Under the pieces are notes generated by a model. It saw only the letters and a program-made list of their open reading frames with translations. It had not been told where the DNA came from and searched no databases. The translations under genes were made by a program, and so were the position numbers. Below are positions 12,601 through 30,627 of a stretch of 64,000 nucleotides of DNA, piece after piece. Position 1 is the stretch's first letter; each line of letters begins with the position of its first letter. The stretch is from Eledone cirrhosa (taxonomy: Eukaryota). The stretch spans positions 101,556,001 to 101,620,000 of the forward strand of contig OZ024740.1 of NCBI GenBank assembly GCA_964016885.1, read 5' to 3'.

Positions 12601-15600
12601 ATACTGTTACTACTACTACAGCTATACTGTTACCACTACTACAGCTATACTGTTACTACTACTACAGCTATACTGTTACTACTACTACAGCTATACTGTT
12701 ACTACTAGTACAGCCACAGTGTTACAACTACTACAACTATACTGTTACAACTACTACAGCCATACTGTTACCACTACTACAGCTATACTATTACCACTAC
12801 TACAGCTATACTGTTACTACTATTACAGCTATACTGTTACTACTACTACAGCTATACTGTTACTACTACTACAGCTATACTGTTACTACTACTACAGCTA
12901 TACTGTTACTACTACTACAGCTATACTGTTACTACTAGTACAGCCACAGTGTTACAACAACTACAGCTATACTGTTACCACGACTACAGCCATACTGCTA
13001 CCAATACTACAGCCATACTGTTACTACTACTACTACAGCTATACTGTTACTACCACTACAGCCATACTGTTACTACTACTACAGCCATAGTGTTACCACT
13101 ACTACAGCTATACTGTTACTACTACTACAGCTATACTGTTACTACCACTACAGCCACAGTGTTACCACTACTGCAGCTATACTGTTACCACTACTACAGC
13201 TATACTGTTACTACTACTACAGCTATACTGTTACAACTACTACAGCTATACTGTTACCACTACTACAGCCATACTGTTACCACTACTACAGCCATTCTGT
13301 TACCACTTCTACATCTATACTGTTACCACTACTACAGCTATATTGTTACCACTACTACAGCCATACTGTTACAACTACTACAGCTATACTGTTACCACTA
13401 CTACAGCCATACTGTTACTACTACTACGGCTATAGTGTTACTACCACTACAGCCACAGTGTTACCACTACTACAGCTATACTGTTACCACTACTACAGCT
13501 ATACTGTTACTACTACTACAGCTATACTGTTACAACTACTACAGCTATACTGTTACCACTACTACAGCCATACTGTTACCACTACTACAGCCATACTGTT
13601 ACCACTTCTACATCTATACTGTTACCACTACTACAGCTATATTGTTACCACTACTACAGCCATACTGTTACAACTACTACAGCTATACTGTTACCACTAC
13701 TACAGCTATACTGTTACTACTACTACAGCTATACTGTTACTACTACTACAGCCGTACTGTTACTACTACTACAGCTATACTGTTACTACGACTACAGCCA
13801 CAGTGTTACTACTACTACAGCTATACTGTTACAACTACTACAGCTATACTGTTACTACTACTACAGCCATACTGTTACTACTACTACAGCTATACTGTTA
13901 CTACGACTACAGCCACAGTGTTACTACTACTACAGCTATACTGTTACCACTACTACAGCTATACTGTTACTACTACTACAGCTATACTGTTACTACTAGT
14001 ACGGCCATAGTGTTACAACTACTAAAGCTATACTGTTACAACTACTACAGCCATACTGTTACCACTACTACAGCTATACTGTTACTACCACTACAGCCAC
14101 AGTGTTACAACTACTACAGCTATACTGTTACTACTACTACAGCCATAGTGTTACCACTACTACAGCTATACTGTTACTACCACTACAGCCACAGTGTTAC
14201 AACTACTACAGCTATACTGTTACTACTACTACAGCCATACTGTTACCACTACTACAGCTATACTGTTACTACTACTACAGCCAAAGTGTTACAACTACTA
14301 CAGCTATACTGTTACTACTACTACAGCCACAGTGTAACAACTACTACAGCCATACTGTTACTACTACTACAGCCACAGTGTTACAACTACTACAGCCATA
14401 CTGTTACTACTACTACAGCCATACTGTTACCACTACTACAGCTATACTGTTACTACTACTACAGCTGTATTGTTACCACTACTACAGCCATACTGTTACC
14501 ACTACTACAGCCATACTGTTACCACTACTACAGCTATACTGTTACTACTACTACAGCTATACTGTTACTACCACTACAGCCACAGTGTTACCACTACTAC
14601 AGCTATACTGTTACTACTACTACAGCTATACTGTAACCACTACTACAGCCACAGTGTTACAACTACTACAGCTATACTGTTACCACTACTACAGCCATAG
14701 TGTTGCCACTACTACAACTATACTGTTACTACTACTACAGCTGTATTGTTACCACTACTACAGCTATACTGTTACTACTACTAAAGCCACAGTGTTACAA
14801 CTACTACAGCTATACTGTTACCACTACTACAGCCATAGTGTTGCCACTACTACAGCTATACTGTTACTACTACTACAGCTATACTGTTACTACTACTACA
14901 GCTATACTGTTACTACTACTACAGCTATACTGTTACTACTACAACAGCTATACTGTTACTACCACTACAGCCACGGTGTTACCACTACTACAGCTATACT
15001 GTTACCACTACTACAACTATACTGTTACTACTACTACAGCCATACTGTTACCAATACTACAGCTATACTGTTAGAACTACTACAACTTTACTGTGACCAC
15101 TACTACAGCTATAGTGTTACCACAACTACAGCTATACTGTTACAACTACTACAGCTATACTGTTACAACTACTACAGCTATACTGTTACCACTACTACAG
15201 CTATACTGTTACAACTACTACAGCTATACTGTTACAACTACTACAACCATAGTGTTACAACTACTACAGCCATACTGTTATGACTACTACAGCTGTACTG
15301 TTACCACTACTACAGCTATACTGTTACTACCACTACAGCCACAGTGTTACCACTACTACAGCTATACTGTTACCACTACTACAGCTATACTGTTACTACT
15401 ACTACAGCTATACTGTTACAACTACTACAGCCATACTGTTACTACTACTACAGCCAGACTGTAACAACTACTACAGCTATACTGTTACCACTACTACAGC
15501 TATACTGTTACTACTACTACAGCCATAGTGTTACAACTACTACAGCCATCCTGTTACCACTACTACAGCTAGACTGTTACAATTACTACAGCTATACTGT

Positions 15601-18600
15601 AACAACTACTACAGCCATACTGTTACCACTACTACAGCCATACTGTTACAACTACTACAGCCATACTGTTACCACTACTACAGCCATACTGTTACAACTA
15701 CTACAGCCATACTGTTACCACTACTACAGCTAGACTGTTACAACTGCTACAGCTATACTGTAACAACTACTACAGCCACAGTGTTACCACTACTACAGCT
15801 ATACTGTTACCACTACTACAACCATACTGTTACCACTACTACAGCTATACTGTTACCACTACTACAGCCATATTGTTATCACTACTACAGCCATACTGTT
15901 ACCACTACTACAGCTAAACAGTTACTACTACTGCAGCCACACTGTTACCACTACTACAGCTATACTATTACTTCTACTACAGCTATACTGTTAATACCAC
16001 TACAACCACAGTGTTACTACTACTACAGCTATACTGTTACAACTACAACAGCCATACTGTTACTACTACTACAGCTATACTGTTACCACTACTAAAGCCA
16101 TACTGTTACCACTACTATAGCCATACTGTTACAACTACTACAGACACACTGTTACTACTACTACAGCCATACTGTTACCACTACTACAGCTATACTGTTA
16201 CCACTACTACAGCCATATTGTTATCACTACTACAGCCATACTGTTACCACTACTACAGCTAAACAGTTACTACTACTACAGCCATACTGTTACCACTACA
16301 ACAGCCATACTGTTACCACTACTACAGCTATACTGTTACTACTACTACAGCCGTACTGTTACAACTACTACAGCCATACTGTTACCACTACTACAGCCAT
16401 AATGTTACAACTACTACAGCCATACTGTTACCACTACTACAGCTATACTGTTACAACTACAACAACCATACTGTTACCACTACTACAGCCATACTGTTAC
16501 TACTACTACAGCTATACTGTTACCACTACTAAAGCCATACTGTTACCACTACTACAGCTATACTGTTACAACTACTACAGCTATACTGTTACCACTACTA
16601 CAACCATACTGTTACCACTACTACAGCTATACTGTTACCACTACTACAGCCATATTGTTATCACTACTACAGCCATACTGTTACAACTACTACATCTAAA
16701 CAGTTACTACTACTGCAGCCATACTGTTACCACTACTACAGCTATACTATTACTACTTACAGCTATACTGTTAATACCACTACAACCACAGTGTTACTAC
16801 TACTACAGCTATACTGTTACAACTACAAGAGCCATACTGTTACTACTACTACAGCTATACTGTTACCACTACTAAAGCCATACTGTTACCACTACTACAG
16901 CCATACTGTTACAACTACTACAGACACACTGTTACTACTACTACAGCCATACTGTTACCACTAGTACAGCTATAGTGTAACCACTACTACAGCCATAGTG
17001 TTACAACTACTACAGCTATGCTGTTACTACTACTACAGCCATACTGTTACCACTACTACAACTATACTGTTACTACTACTACAGCCATACTGTTACCACT
17101 ACAACAGCCATACTGTTACCACTACTACAGCTATACTGTTACTACTACTACAGCCATACTGTTACAACTACTACAGCCATACTGTTACTACTACTGCAGC
17201 TATACTGTTACCACTACCACAGCTATACTGTTACTACTACTACAGCCATACTGTTACAACTACTACAGCCATATTGTTACCACTACTACAGCCATACTGT
17301 TACAACTACTACAGCCATACTGTTACTGCTGCTACAGCTATACTGTTACAACTACAAAAGCCATACTGTTACCACTACTACAGCCATACTGTTACAACTA
17401 CTACAGCTATACTGTTACCACTGCTACAGCCATACTGATACAACTACTACAGCCATACTGTTACAACTACTACAGCCATACTGTTACCACTACTACAACT
17501 ATATTGTTACCACTACTACAGCCATACTGTTACAACTACTACAGCCATACTGTTACTACTACTACAACTATATTGTTACAACTACTACAGCCATACTGTT
17601 ACCACTACTACAGCTATACTGTTACCACTACTACAGCCATACTGTTACAAATACTACAGCCATACTATTACCACTACTACAACTATATTGTTACCACTAC
17701 TACAGCCATACTGTTACCACTACTACAGCCATATTGTTACAACTACTACAGCCATACTGTTACCACTACTACAGCTATACTGTTACCACTACTACAGTCA
17801 TACTTTTACCACTACTACAGTCAAACTGTTACAACTACTACAACTATACTGTTACTACTACTACAGCTATACTGTTACCACTACTACAGCCATACTGTTA
17901 CAACTACTACAGCTATACTGTTACTACTACTACAGCCATAGTGTTTCAAATACTACAGCCATACTGTTACAACTACTACAGCTATACTGTTACCACTACA
18001 ACAGCCATGGTGTTACAACCACTACAGCTGTACTGTTACCACTACTACAGCTATACTGTTACTACCACTACAGCCACAGTGTAACCACTACTAAAGCTAT
18101 ACTGTTACTACTACTACAGCCATACTGTTACCACTACTACAGCTATACTGTTACTACTACTACAGATATACTGTTACCACTACTACAGCTATACTGTTAC
18201 TACTACTACAGCCATACTGTTACGACTACTACAGCTATACTGTTACTACCACTACAGCCATACTGTTACGACTTCTACAACTGTACTGTTACCACTACTA
18301 CAGTTATACTGTTACAACTACTACAGCTATACTGTTACTACTACTACAGCCATACTGTTACCACTACTACAGCCATAGTGTTACAACTACTACAGCTATA
18401 CTGTTACCACTACTACAGCTATACTGTTACTACCACTACAGCCATACTGTTACGACTACTACAGCTGTACTGTTACCACTACTACAGTTATACTGTTACA
18501 ACTACTACAGCTATACTGTTACTACTACTACAGCCATACTGTTACCACTACTACAGCTATACTGTTACCACTACTACAGTCATAGTGTTACCACAACTAC

Positions 18601-21600
18601 AGCTATACTGTTACAACTACTACAGCCATACTTTTACCACTACTACAGCTATACTGTTACTACTACTACAGCCATACTGTTACTACTACTACAGCTATAC
18701 TGTTACTACCACTACAGACACAGTGTTACCACTACTACAGCTATACTGTTACTACTACTACAGCCACAGTGTTACCACTACTACAGCTATACTGTTACCA
18801 CTACTACAGCTATACTGTTACCACTACTACAGCCATACTGTTACTACTGCTACAGCCACGGTGTTACCACTACTACAGCTATACTGTTACCAGTACTACA
18901 ACTATACTGTTACTACTACTACAACTATACTGTTACCACTACTACAGCTATACTGTTACTACTACTACAGCCACAGTGTTACAACTACTACAGCTATACT
19001 GTTACTACTACTACAGCTACGGTGTTACCACTACTACAGCTATACTGTTACTACTACTACAGCCATACTGTTACTACTACTACAGCTACGGTGTTACCAC
19101 TACTACAGCTATACTGTTACTACTACTACAGCCATACTGTTACCACTACTACAGTCAAATTGTTAAAACTACTACAACTATACTGTTACTACTACTACAG
19201 CTATACTTTTAACACTACTACTGCTATACTGTTACTACTACTACAGCCATACTGTTACAACTACTACAGCTATACTGTTACTACTACTACAGCCATACTG
19301 TAACAGCTACTACAGCTATACTGTTACTACTACTACAGCCATACTGTTACCACTACTACAGCTATACTGTTACTACCACTACAGACACAGTGTTACCACT
19401 ACTAAAGCTATACTCTTACTACTACTACAGCCATACTGTTACCACTACTACAGCTATACTGTTATCACTACTACAGCCATACTGTTACCACTACTACAGC
19501 CATACTGTTACCACTACTACAGCCATACAGTTACAACTACTACAGCTGTACTGTTACCACTACTACAGTTATACTGTTACGACTACTACGGCTATACTGT
19601 TACTACTACTACAGCCATACTGTTACCACTACTACAGCCATACTGTTACCACTACTACAGCTATACTGTTACCACTACTACAGCTATACTTTTACTACTA
19701 CTACAGCCATACTGTTACCACTACTACAGCCATAGTGTTACCACTACTACAGCTATACTGTTACTACTACTACAGCTATACTGTTACTACTACTACAGCT
19801 AAACTGTTACAACTACTACAGCTATACTGTTACCACTACTACAGCTATACTTTTGCTACTACTACAGCCATAATGTTACAACTACTACAGCACTACTGTT
19901 ACCACTACTACAGCTATACTGTTACAACTACTACAGCCATACTGTTACCACTACTACAGCCATACTGTTACCACTACTACAACTATACTGTTACCACTAC
20001 TACAGCCATACTGTTACCACTACTACAGCTATACTGTTACTACTACTACAGCTATACTGTTACTACCACTACAGCCACAGTGTTACCACAACTACAGCCA
20101 TACTGTTACCACTACTACAGCTATACTGTTACCACTACTACAGCTAAACTGTTACATCTACTACAGCCATACTTTTACCACTACTACAGCCATACTGTTA
20201 CCACTACTACAGCTATACTGTTACAACTACTACAGCCGTACTGTTACAACTACTACAGCCATACTGTTACCACTACTACAGCCATACTGTTACCACTACT
20301 ACAGTTATACTGTTACCACTACTACAGCTATACTTTTGCTACTACTACAGCCATACTGTTACCACTACTACAGCTATACTGTTATAACTACTACAGCCAT
20401 ACTGTTACAACTACTACAGCCATACTGTTACCACTACTACAGCTATACTGTTATAACTACTACAGCCATAATGTTACAACTACTACAGCCATACTGTTAC
20501 CACTACTACAGCCATACTGTTACCACTACTACAGCTATAGTGTTACCACTACTACAGCCAAACTGTTACCACTGCTACAGCTATACTGTTAACACTACTA
20601 CAGCTATACTGTTACAACTACTACAGCTATACTGTTACCACTACTACAACTATACTGTTACCACTACTACAGCTTTCCTGTTACCACTACTACAGCCATA
20701 GTGTTACCACTACTACAGCTATACTGTTACCACTACTACAGCTAAACTGTTACATCTACTACAGCCATACTGTTACCACTACTACAGCCATACTGTTACC
20801 ACTACTACAGCTATACTGTTACAACTACTACAGCCATACTGTTACCACTGCTACAGCTATACTGTTACCACTACTACAGCTATACTGTTACAACTACTAC
20901 AGCTATACTGTTACCACTACTACAACTATACTGTGACCACTACTACAGCTATAGTGTTACCACTACTACAGCCATACCGTTACCACTACTACAGCTATGC
21001 TGTTACCACTACTACAGCCATACTGTTACTACTACTACAGCTAAACAGTTACCACTACTACAGCCATACTGTTACTACTGCTACAGCTATACTGTTACAA
21101 CTACAACAGCCATATGTTACCACTACTACAGCTATACTGTTACCACTACTACAGCCATACTGTTACCACTACTACAGCTATACTGTTACTACTACTACAA
21201 CCATACTGTTACCACTACTACAGCTATACTCTTACCAATACTATGGCAATGCTTTTGCCACTACTACAGCCATACTGTTAACACTACAACAGCCATGTTG
21301 TTACCACTACTGCAGCTATGCTGTTACTACTGCTACAGCTATACTGTTACAACTACTACAGCTATACTATTACCACTACTACAGCTATACTGTTACTACT
21401 ACTACAGCTATACTGTTACCACTACTACAGCTATACTGTTACCACTACTACAACTATACTGTTACTACTACTACAACTATACTGTTACTACTACTACAGC
21501 CATACTGTTACCACTACTACAGCTATACTGTTACAACTACTACAGCTATACTGTTACAACTACTACAGCTATACTGAGACTACTACTACAGCCACAGTGT

Positions 21601-24600
21601 TACAACTACTACAGCTATACTGTTACTACTACTACGGCCATAGTGTTACCACTACTACAGCTATACTGTTACTACTACTACAGCCATACTGTTACCACGA
21701 CTACAGTCAAACTGTTACAACTACTACAACTATACTGTTACTACTACTACAGCTATTCTGTTACCACTACTACAGCCATACTGTTACAACTACTACAGCT
21801 ATACTGTTAAAACTACTACAGCCATACTGTTACAACTACTACAGCTATACTGTTACCACTACTACAGCCATGGTGTTACAACCACTACAGCTGTACTGTT
21901 ACCACTACTACAGCTATACTGTTACTACCACTACAGACACAGTGTTACCACTACTACAGCTATACAGTTACAACTACTACAGCTATACTGTCACTACTAC
22001 TACAGCCATAGTGTTACTACTACTACAGCCATACTGTTACCACTACTACAGCTATACTGTTACCACTACTACAGCCATAGTATTACCAATACTACAGCTA
22101 TACTGTTATTACCACTACAGCCATACTGTTACAACTACTACAGCCATACTGTTACAACTACTACAGCTATACTGTTACCACTACTACAGCTATACTGTTA
22201 CTACCACTGCAGCCATACTGTTACAACTACTACAGCCTTACTGTTACAACTACTACAGCTATACTGTTACCACTACTACAGCCATACAGTTACAACTACT
22301 ACTGCCATACTGTTACCACTACTACAGCCATACAGTTACAACTCCTACAGCTATACTGTGACCACTACTAAAGCTATACTGTTAGAACTACTACAGCCAT
22401 ACTGTTACCACTACTACAGCTATACTGTTATCACTACTACAGCCGTACTGTTAAAACTACTACAGCCATACTGTTACAACTACTACAGCTATACTCTTAC
22501 CACTACTACAGCCATACTTTTGCCACTACTACAGCTAAACTGTTACAACTACTACAGCTAAACTGTTACTACTACTACAGCCATACTGTTACCACTACTA
22601 CAGCTATACTGTTACCACTACTATAGCTATACTTTTGCTCTACTACAGCCATAATGTTACAACTACTACAGCCATACTGTTACCACTACTACAGCTATAT
22701 TGTTACAACTACTACAGCCATACTGTTACAACTACTACAGCCATACTGTTACCACTTCTACAGCCATACTGTTACCACTACTACAGCTATACTGTTACGA
22801 CTACTACAGCCATACTGTTACCACTGCTACAGCTATACTGTTAACACTGCTACAGCTATACTGTTACCACTACTACAACTATACTGTTACCACTACTACA
22901 GCTATACTGTTACCACTACTACAGCCATAGTGTTACAACTACTACAGCCATACTGTTACCACTACTACAGCTAAACTGTTACTACTACTACAGCTATACT
23001 GTTACCACTACAACAGCCATAGTGTTACCACTACTACAGCTATACTTTTACTACTACTACAGCTATACTGTTACCACTAAAACAGCCATAGTGTTACCAC
23101 TACTACAGCTAAACTGTTACTACTACTACAGCTATACTGTTACCACTACAACAGCCATAGTGTTACCACTACTACAGCCATACTGTTACCACTACTACAG
23201 CCATACTGTTACTACTACTGCAGTTATAAGGTTACCACTACTACAGCCATACTGTTACCACTACTAAAGCTATACTGTTACTACTACTACAGCTATACTG
23301 TTACTACTACTACAGCTATACTGTTACTACTACTACAGCTATAATGTTACCACTGCTACAGTCATACTGTTACCACTACTGCAGCCATACTGTTACCACT
23401 ACTACAGCCATACTGTTACCTCTACTACAGCTATACTGTGACCACTACTACAGCTATAGTGTTACCACTACTACAACCATACCGTTACCACTACTACAGC
23501 TATGCTGTTACAACTACAACAGCCATACTGTTACTAATACTAGAGCCATACTGTTACTACTACTACAGCTATACTGTTACCACTACTACAGCTAAACAGT
23601 TACCACTACTACAGCCATACTGTTACCACTACTACAGCCATAATGTTACCACTACTACAGCCATACGTTTACCACTACTGCAGCTATAATTTTACTACTA
23701 CTACAGCTATACTGTTACAACTACAACAGCCATGCTGTTACCACTACTACAGCCATACTGTTAGCACTAGTAGAGCCATACTGTTACCACTACTACAGCT
23801 ATACTGTTACTACTACTACAACCATACTGTTACCACTACTACAGCTATACTGTTACCAATACTATGGCAATGCTGTTGCCACTACTACAGCCATACTGTT
23901 ACCACTACTACAGCCTTACTTTTACCACTACTACAGCTATACTGTTACCAATACTACAGCCATACTGTTACAACTACTACAGCCATACTATTACCACTAC
24001 TACAGCTATACTGTTACCAAAACTACAGCCATACTGTTACCACTACTACAACTATACTGTTACCACTAATACAACTATGCTGTTACTACTACTACAGCCA
24101 TACTGTAACAACTACTACAGCCATACAGTTGCTACTACTACAGCTATACTGTTACCATTACTACATCCATAATGTTACCACTACTACATCCGTACTGTTA
24201 CCATAACTACAGCTACACTGTTACTACTACTATAGCCATACTGTTACCACTACTAGAGCTATACTGTTACCACTACTACAGCTACATTGTTACTACTACT
24301 ATAGCTATACTGTTACCACTACTACAGCCATACTGTTACAACTACTACAGCCATACTGTTACAACTACTACAGCTATACTGTTACTACTACAACCATACT
24401 GTTACAACTACTACAGCTATACTGTTACTACTACTACTACAACTATACTGTTACAACTACTACAGCAATACTGTTACCACTATTACAGCCATGCTGTTAC
24501 CACTACTACAGCTATACTTTTACTACTACTGCAAGCATACTGTTACCACTACGACACTCAAAATGTTACCACTACTACAACCATACTGTTACCACTACTA

Positions 24601-27600
24601 CAGCTATACTGTAACAACTACTACAGCTATACTGTTACCACTACTACAGCTATACTGTTACCACAGCTACAGCCATACTGTTACAACTACTACAGCCACA
24701 GTGTTACCACTACTACAGCTATACTGTAACAACTACTACAGCTATACTGTTACCACTGCTACAGCTATACTGTTACCACTACTACAGCCATACTGTTAAA
24801 ACTACTACAGCCATACTGTTACAACTACTACAGCTATACTCTTACCACTACTACAGCCATACTTTTGCCACTACTACAGCTAAACTGTTACAACTACTAC
24901 AGCTAAACTGTTACTACTACTACAGCCATACTGTTACCACTACTACAGCTATACTGTTACCACTACTATAGCTATACTTTTGCTACTACTACAGCCATAA
25001 TGTTACAACTACTACAGCCATACTGTTACCACTACTACAGCTATATTGTTACAACTACTACAGCCATACTGTTACAACTACTACAGCCATACTGTTACCA
25101 CTACTACAGCCATACTGTTACCACTGCTACAGCTATACTGTTACGACTACTACAGCCATACTGTTACCACTGCTACAGCTATACTGTTAACACTGCTACA
25201 GCTATATTGTTACAACTGCTACAGCTATACTGTTACCACTACTACAACTATACTGTTACCACTACTACAGCTATACTGTTACCACTACTACAGCTGCTCT
25301 GTTACTACTACTATAGCCATACTGTTACCACTACTAAGGCTATACTGTTACCACTACTACAGCTACATTATTACTACTACTATAGTTATACTGTTACAAC
25401 TACTACAGTTATACTGTTACTACTACTACAGCTATAGTGTTACCACTACTACAGCTATACTGTTACCACTACTACAGCCATACTGTTACAACTACTACAG
25501 CCATACTGTTACAACTACTACAGCTACACTGTTACTACTACAACCATACTGTTACAACTACTACAGCTATACTGTTACTACTACTACTACAACTATAATG
25601 TTACAACTACTACAGCAATACTGTTACCACTACTACAGCCATGCTGTTACCACTACTACAGCTATACTTTTACTACTACTGCAAGCATACTGTTACCACT
25701 ACGACACTCAAAATGTTACCACTACTACAGCCATACTGTTACCACTACTACAGCTATACTGTAACAACTACTACAGCTATACTGTTACCACTACTACAGC
25801 TATACTGTTACCACAGCTACAGCCATACTGTTACAACTACTACAGCCACAGTGTTACCACTACTACAGCTATACTGTTACTACTACTACAGCTATACTGT
25901 TACAACTACTACAGCTATACTGTTACTACTACTACAACCATACTGTTATTACTAATACAGCTATACTGTTACCACTACTACAGCTATACTGTTACCACTA
26001 CCACAGACATACTGTTACAACTACTACAGCTATACTGTTACTACTACTACAGCCATACTGTTACCACTACTACAACTATATTGTTACCACTACTACAACC
26101 ATACTGTTGCCACTGCTACAGCCTAATGTTAACACTACTACAACTATACTGTTACAACTACAACAGCCATACTGTTACCACTACTACAGCTGCAGTGTTA
26201 CCACTACTACAGTCAAACTGTTACAACTACTACAGCCATACTGTTACAACTACTACAGCTACAGTGTTACCACTACTACCGTCAAACTGTTACAACTACT
26301 ACCGCTATACTGTTACAACTACTAGAGCTATACTGTTACCACCACTACAGCCCTACTTTTACCACTACTACACTATACTATTACCAATACTACAGCCATA
26401 CTGTTTCAACTGCTACAGCCATACTGTTACCACTACTACAGCTATACTTTTACCACTACTACAGCCATACTGTTACCACTACTACAACTATACTGTTACC
26501 ACTACTACAACTATACTGTTACCACTACTACAGCCATACTGTTGCTACTACTACAGCTATACTGTTACCACTAATACATCCATACTGTTACCACTACTAC
26601 ATACATACTGTTACCACTACTACAGCTATACTGTTACAACTACTACATCCATATTGTTAGCACTACTACAGCTGTACTGTTACCACTACTACAATTATAC
26701 TGTTACTACTACTATTGCCATACTGTTACCACTACTAGAGCTATACTGTTACCACTACTACAGCTACATTGTTACTACTACTATAGGTATACTGTTACAA
26801 CTACTACAGCTATACTGTTACAACTACTACAGCTATACTGTTACAACTACTACATCCGTACTGTTAGCACTACTACAGCTGTACTGTTACCACTACTACA
26901 GTTATACTGTTACTACTACTACAGCTATAGTGTTACCACTACTACAGCTATACTGTTACCACTACTACAGCCATACTGTTACCACTACTACAGCCATACT
27001 GTTACTACTCCTACAGCCATACTGGTACCACTACTACAACTATATTGTTACCACTACTACAACCATACTGTTACCACTGCTACAGCCGACTGATACCACT
27101 ACTACAGCCATACTATTACCACTGCTACAGTCATACTGTTACCACTACTACAGTCAAACTGTTACAACTACTACAGCCATAGTGTTAACACTACTACAGC
27201 CATACTGTTACCGCTACTACAGCCATGTGGTTACCACTACTAGAGCTAGCTGTTTCCACTACTACAGCCATGCTGTTAGCACTACTACACCCATACTGCT
27301 AGCACTACTACAGCCATACTTTTACCAGTACTACAGCCATGCTTTTACCACTACTACAGCTATACTGTTAGCACTGCTACAGCTACACTGTTACTACTAC
27401 TACAGCCATACTGTTGCCACTACTACAGCCATACTGTTACCACTACTACAGCTAAACTGTTACCACTACTACAGTCATACTGTTACAACTACTACAGCCA
27501 TACTGTTACCACTACTACAGCTACAGTATTACCACTACTACAGTCAAACTGTTACAACGACTACAGCTATACTGTTACCACTACTACAGCCATGCTGTTA

Positions 27601-28700
27601 CCACTACTACAGCCATGCTGTTACCGCTACTACAGCTATACTGTTACAACTACAACAGCCATACTGTTTCCACTACTACAGTCATACTGTTACTACTACT
27701 ACAGCCATACTATTACTACTACTACAGCCATGCTGTTACAACTACTACAACTATACTTTTACCACTACTACAGCCATACTGTTACTACTACTACAGCTAT
27801 ACTGTTACAACTACTACAACTATACTGTTACCACTACTACAGCCATACTGTTACTACTGCTACAGCTAAACTGTTACAACTACTACAGCCATACTGTTAC
27901 AACTACTACAGCTATACTGTTACTACAACTACAACCATACTGTTACAACTACTACAGCTACACTGTTACCACTACTATAGCCATACTGTTACCACTACTA
28001 CAGCTATACTGTTACCACTGCTACAGCTATACTGTAACAACTACTACAGCTATACTGTTACCACTACTACAGCTATGCTCTTACAACTACTACAGCCATA
28101 CTGTTACCCATACTACAGCCATACTGTTACTACTACTATAGCCATACTGTTACCACTACTACAACTACATTGTTACCACTACTACAACCATACTGTTACC
28201 ACTACTACAGCCATATTGTTATCACTACTACAGCCATACTGTTACTACTACTATAGCCATACTGTTACCACTACTACAACTACATTGTTACCACTACTAC
28301 AACCATACTGTTACCACTACTACAGCCTACTGTTAACACTACTACAGCCATACTGTTACCACTACTACAGCCATGCTCTTACCACTACTACAGCCATATT
28401 GTTACCACTTCTACAGCCATGATGTTACCACTACTACAGCTACTCTGTTACCAATACTACAGCCGTGGTGTTACCACTACTACAGCTATACTGTTACCAC
28501 TACTACAGCCATACTGTAACCACTACTACAGCTACACTGTTATCACTACTACGGTCAAACTGTTACCACTGCTACAGCCTACTTTTACCACTACTACAGT
28601 CATACTGTTACCACTACTACAGCCATACTGTTACCACTACTACAGCTATTATGTTAGCACTGCTACAGCTATACTGTTACCACTGCTACAGCTACCCTGT
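9611..28700. repeat. ~19-kb minisatellite array, 23-bp unit TACTGTTAC(C/T/A)ACTACTACAGC(C/T)A
   Basis: The 23-bp periodicity is continuous from an abrupt left edge at 9611, and variant density rises toward 26-28.6 kb. Confidence 0.97.
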
Positions 28701-30409
28701 TACCACCACTACAGCCCTACTGTTACAACCACCACTACAGCCATACTGTTACCACCACCACTACAGCCATACTGTTACCACCACTACAGCCCTACTGTTA
28801 CTACCACCACTACAGACATACTGTTATTACCACCACTACAGCCCTACTGTTACTACCACCACTACTGTCATACGGTTACCACCACCACTACAGCTCTACT
28901 GTTACTACCACCACTACAGCCCTACTGTTACTACCACCACTACAGCCATACTGTTACTACTACCACTACAGCTCTACTGTTACTACCACCACTACAGCCA
29001 TACTGTTACCACCACCACTACTGCCATACTGTTACCACTACCACTACAGCCATACTGTTACCACCACCACTACAGCCATACAGTTACTACCACGACTACT
29101 GCCATACTGTTACTACCACCACTACAGCCATACTGTTACTACCACCACTACAGCCCTACTGTTACTACCACCACTACTGCCATACTGTTACTACCACCAC
29201 TACAGCCATACTGTTACTACCACCATTACAGCCATACTGTTACCACCACCACTACAGCCATACTGTTACCACCACTACTACAGCCATACTGTTACCACCA
29301 CCACTACTGCCATACGGTTACCACCACCACTACAGCCCTACTGTTACTACCACCACTACAGCCCTACTGTTACTACCAGCACTACAGCCATACGGTTACC
29401 ACCACCACTACAGCCCTACTGTTACTACCACCACTACAGCCCTACTGTTACTACCACCACTACTGCCATACAGTTACCACCACCACTACAGCCCTACTGT
29501 TACTACCACCACTACAGCCCTACTGTTACTACCACCACTACAGCCATACTGTTACCAGAACCACTACAGCCATACTGTTACCAGAACCACTACAGCCATA
29601 CTGTTACCACCACCACTACAGCCATACTGTTACTACCACCACTACAGCCATACTGTTACTACCACCATTACAGCCACACTGATACTACCACCACTACAGC
29701 CATACTGTTGCTACTACCACTACAGCCCTACTGTTACTACCACCACTACAGCCATACTGTTACCACCACCACTACAGACATACTGTTACCACCACCACTA
29801 CTGCCATACTGTTACCACCATCACTACAGCCATACGGTTACCACCACCACTACAGCCATACTGTTACTACCACCACTACAGCCCTACTGTTACCACCACC
29901 ACTACAGCCATACTGTTACCACCACCACTACATTCATACTGTTACCACCACCACTACAGCCATACTGTTACTACCACCACTACAGCCATACTGTTACCAC
30001 CACCACTTCAGACATACTGTTACTACCACCACTACTGCCATACTGTTACTACCACCACTACTGCCATACTGTTACTACCACCACTACAGCCCTACTGTTA
30101 CCACCACCAGTACAGCCATACTGTTACCACCACCACTACAGCCCTACTGTTACTACCACCACTACAGACATATTGTTACCACCATCACTACAGCCATACT
30201 GTTACTATAACCACTACAGCCCTACTGTTACCACCACCACTACAGCCATACCGTTACCACCACCACTACTGCCATACTGTTACTACCACCACGACAGCCA
30301 TACTGTTACTACCACCACTACATCCATACTGTTACTACCACCACTACAGCCATACTGTTACTACCACCACTACAGACATACTGTTACTACCACCACTACA
30401 GACATACTG

Positions 30410-30627
30410 TTACTCCAACAATTACAGCAATACTGTTACCACCACAATTACAGCCGTTCTGTTAATACCACCATCACCATTGCTCTACAGTTATTTCTAC
30501 ATTCTCTACATAGTTAGACCTATAATGATGGAGGTTATAGATACTAGTAGTGTTACCCGGCCTTGCACGGGATAGGGTATTTTAGAACGCGGACCGCCAA
30601 CATTCCTAATCGTGGAAAAACTGCATG
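30410..30627. repeat. Junction block copy 1: degenerate satellite edge + unique spacer + Helitron 3'-terminal ~85 bp
   Basis: Near-identical to 31958-32173 and 32928-33143. CTAG lies at 30544. Confidence 0.9.
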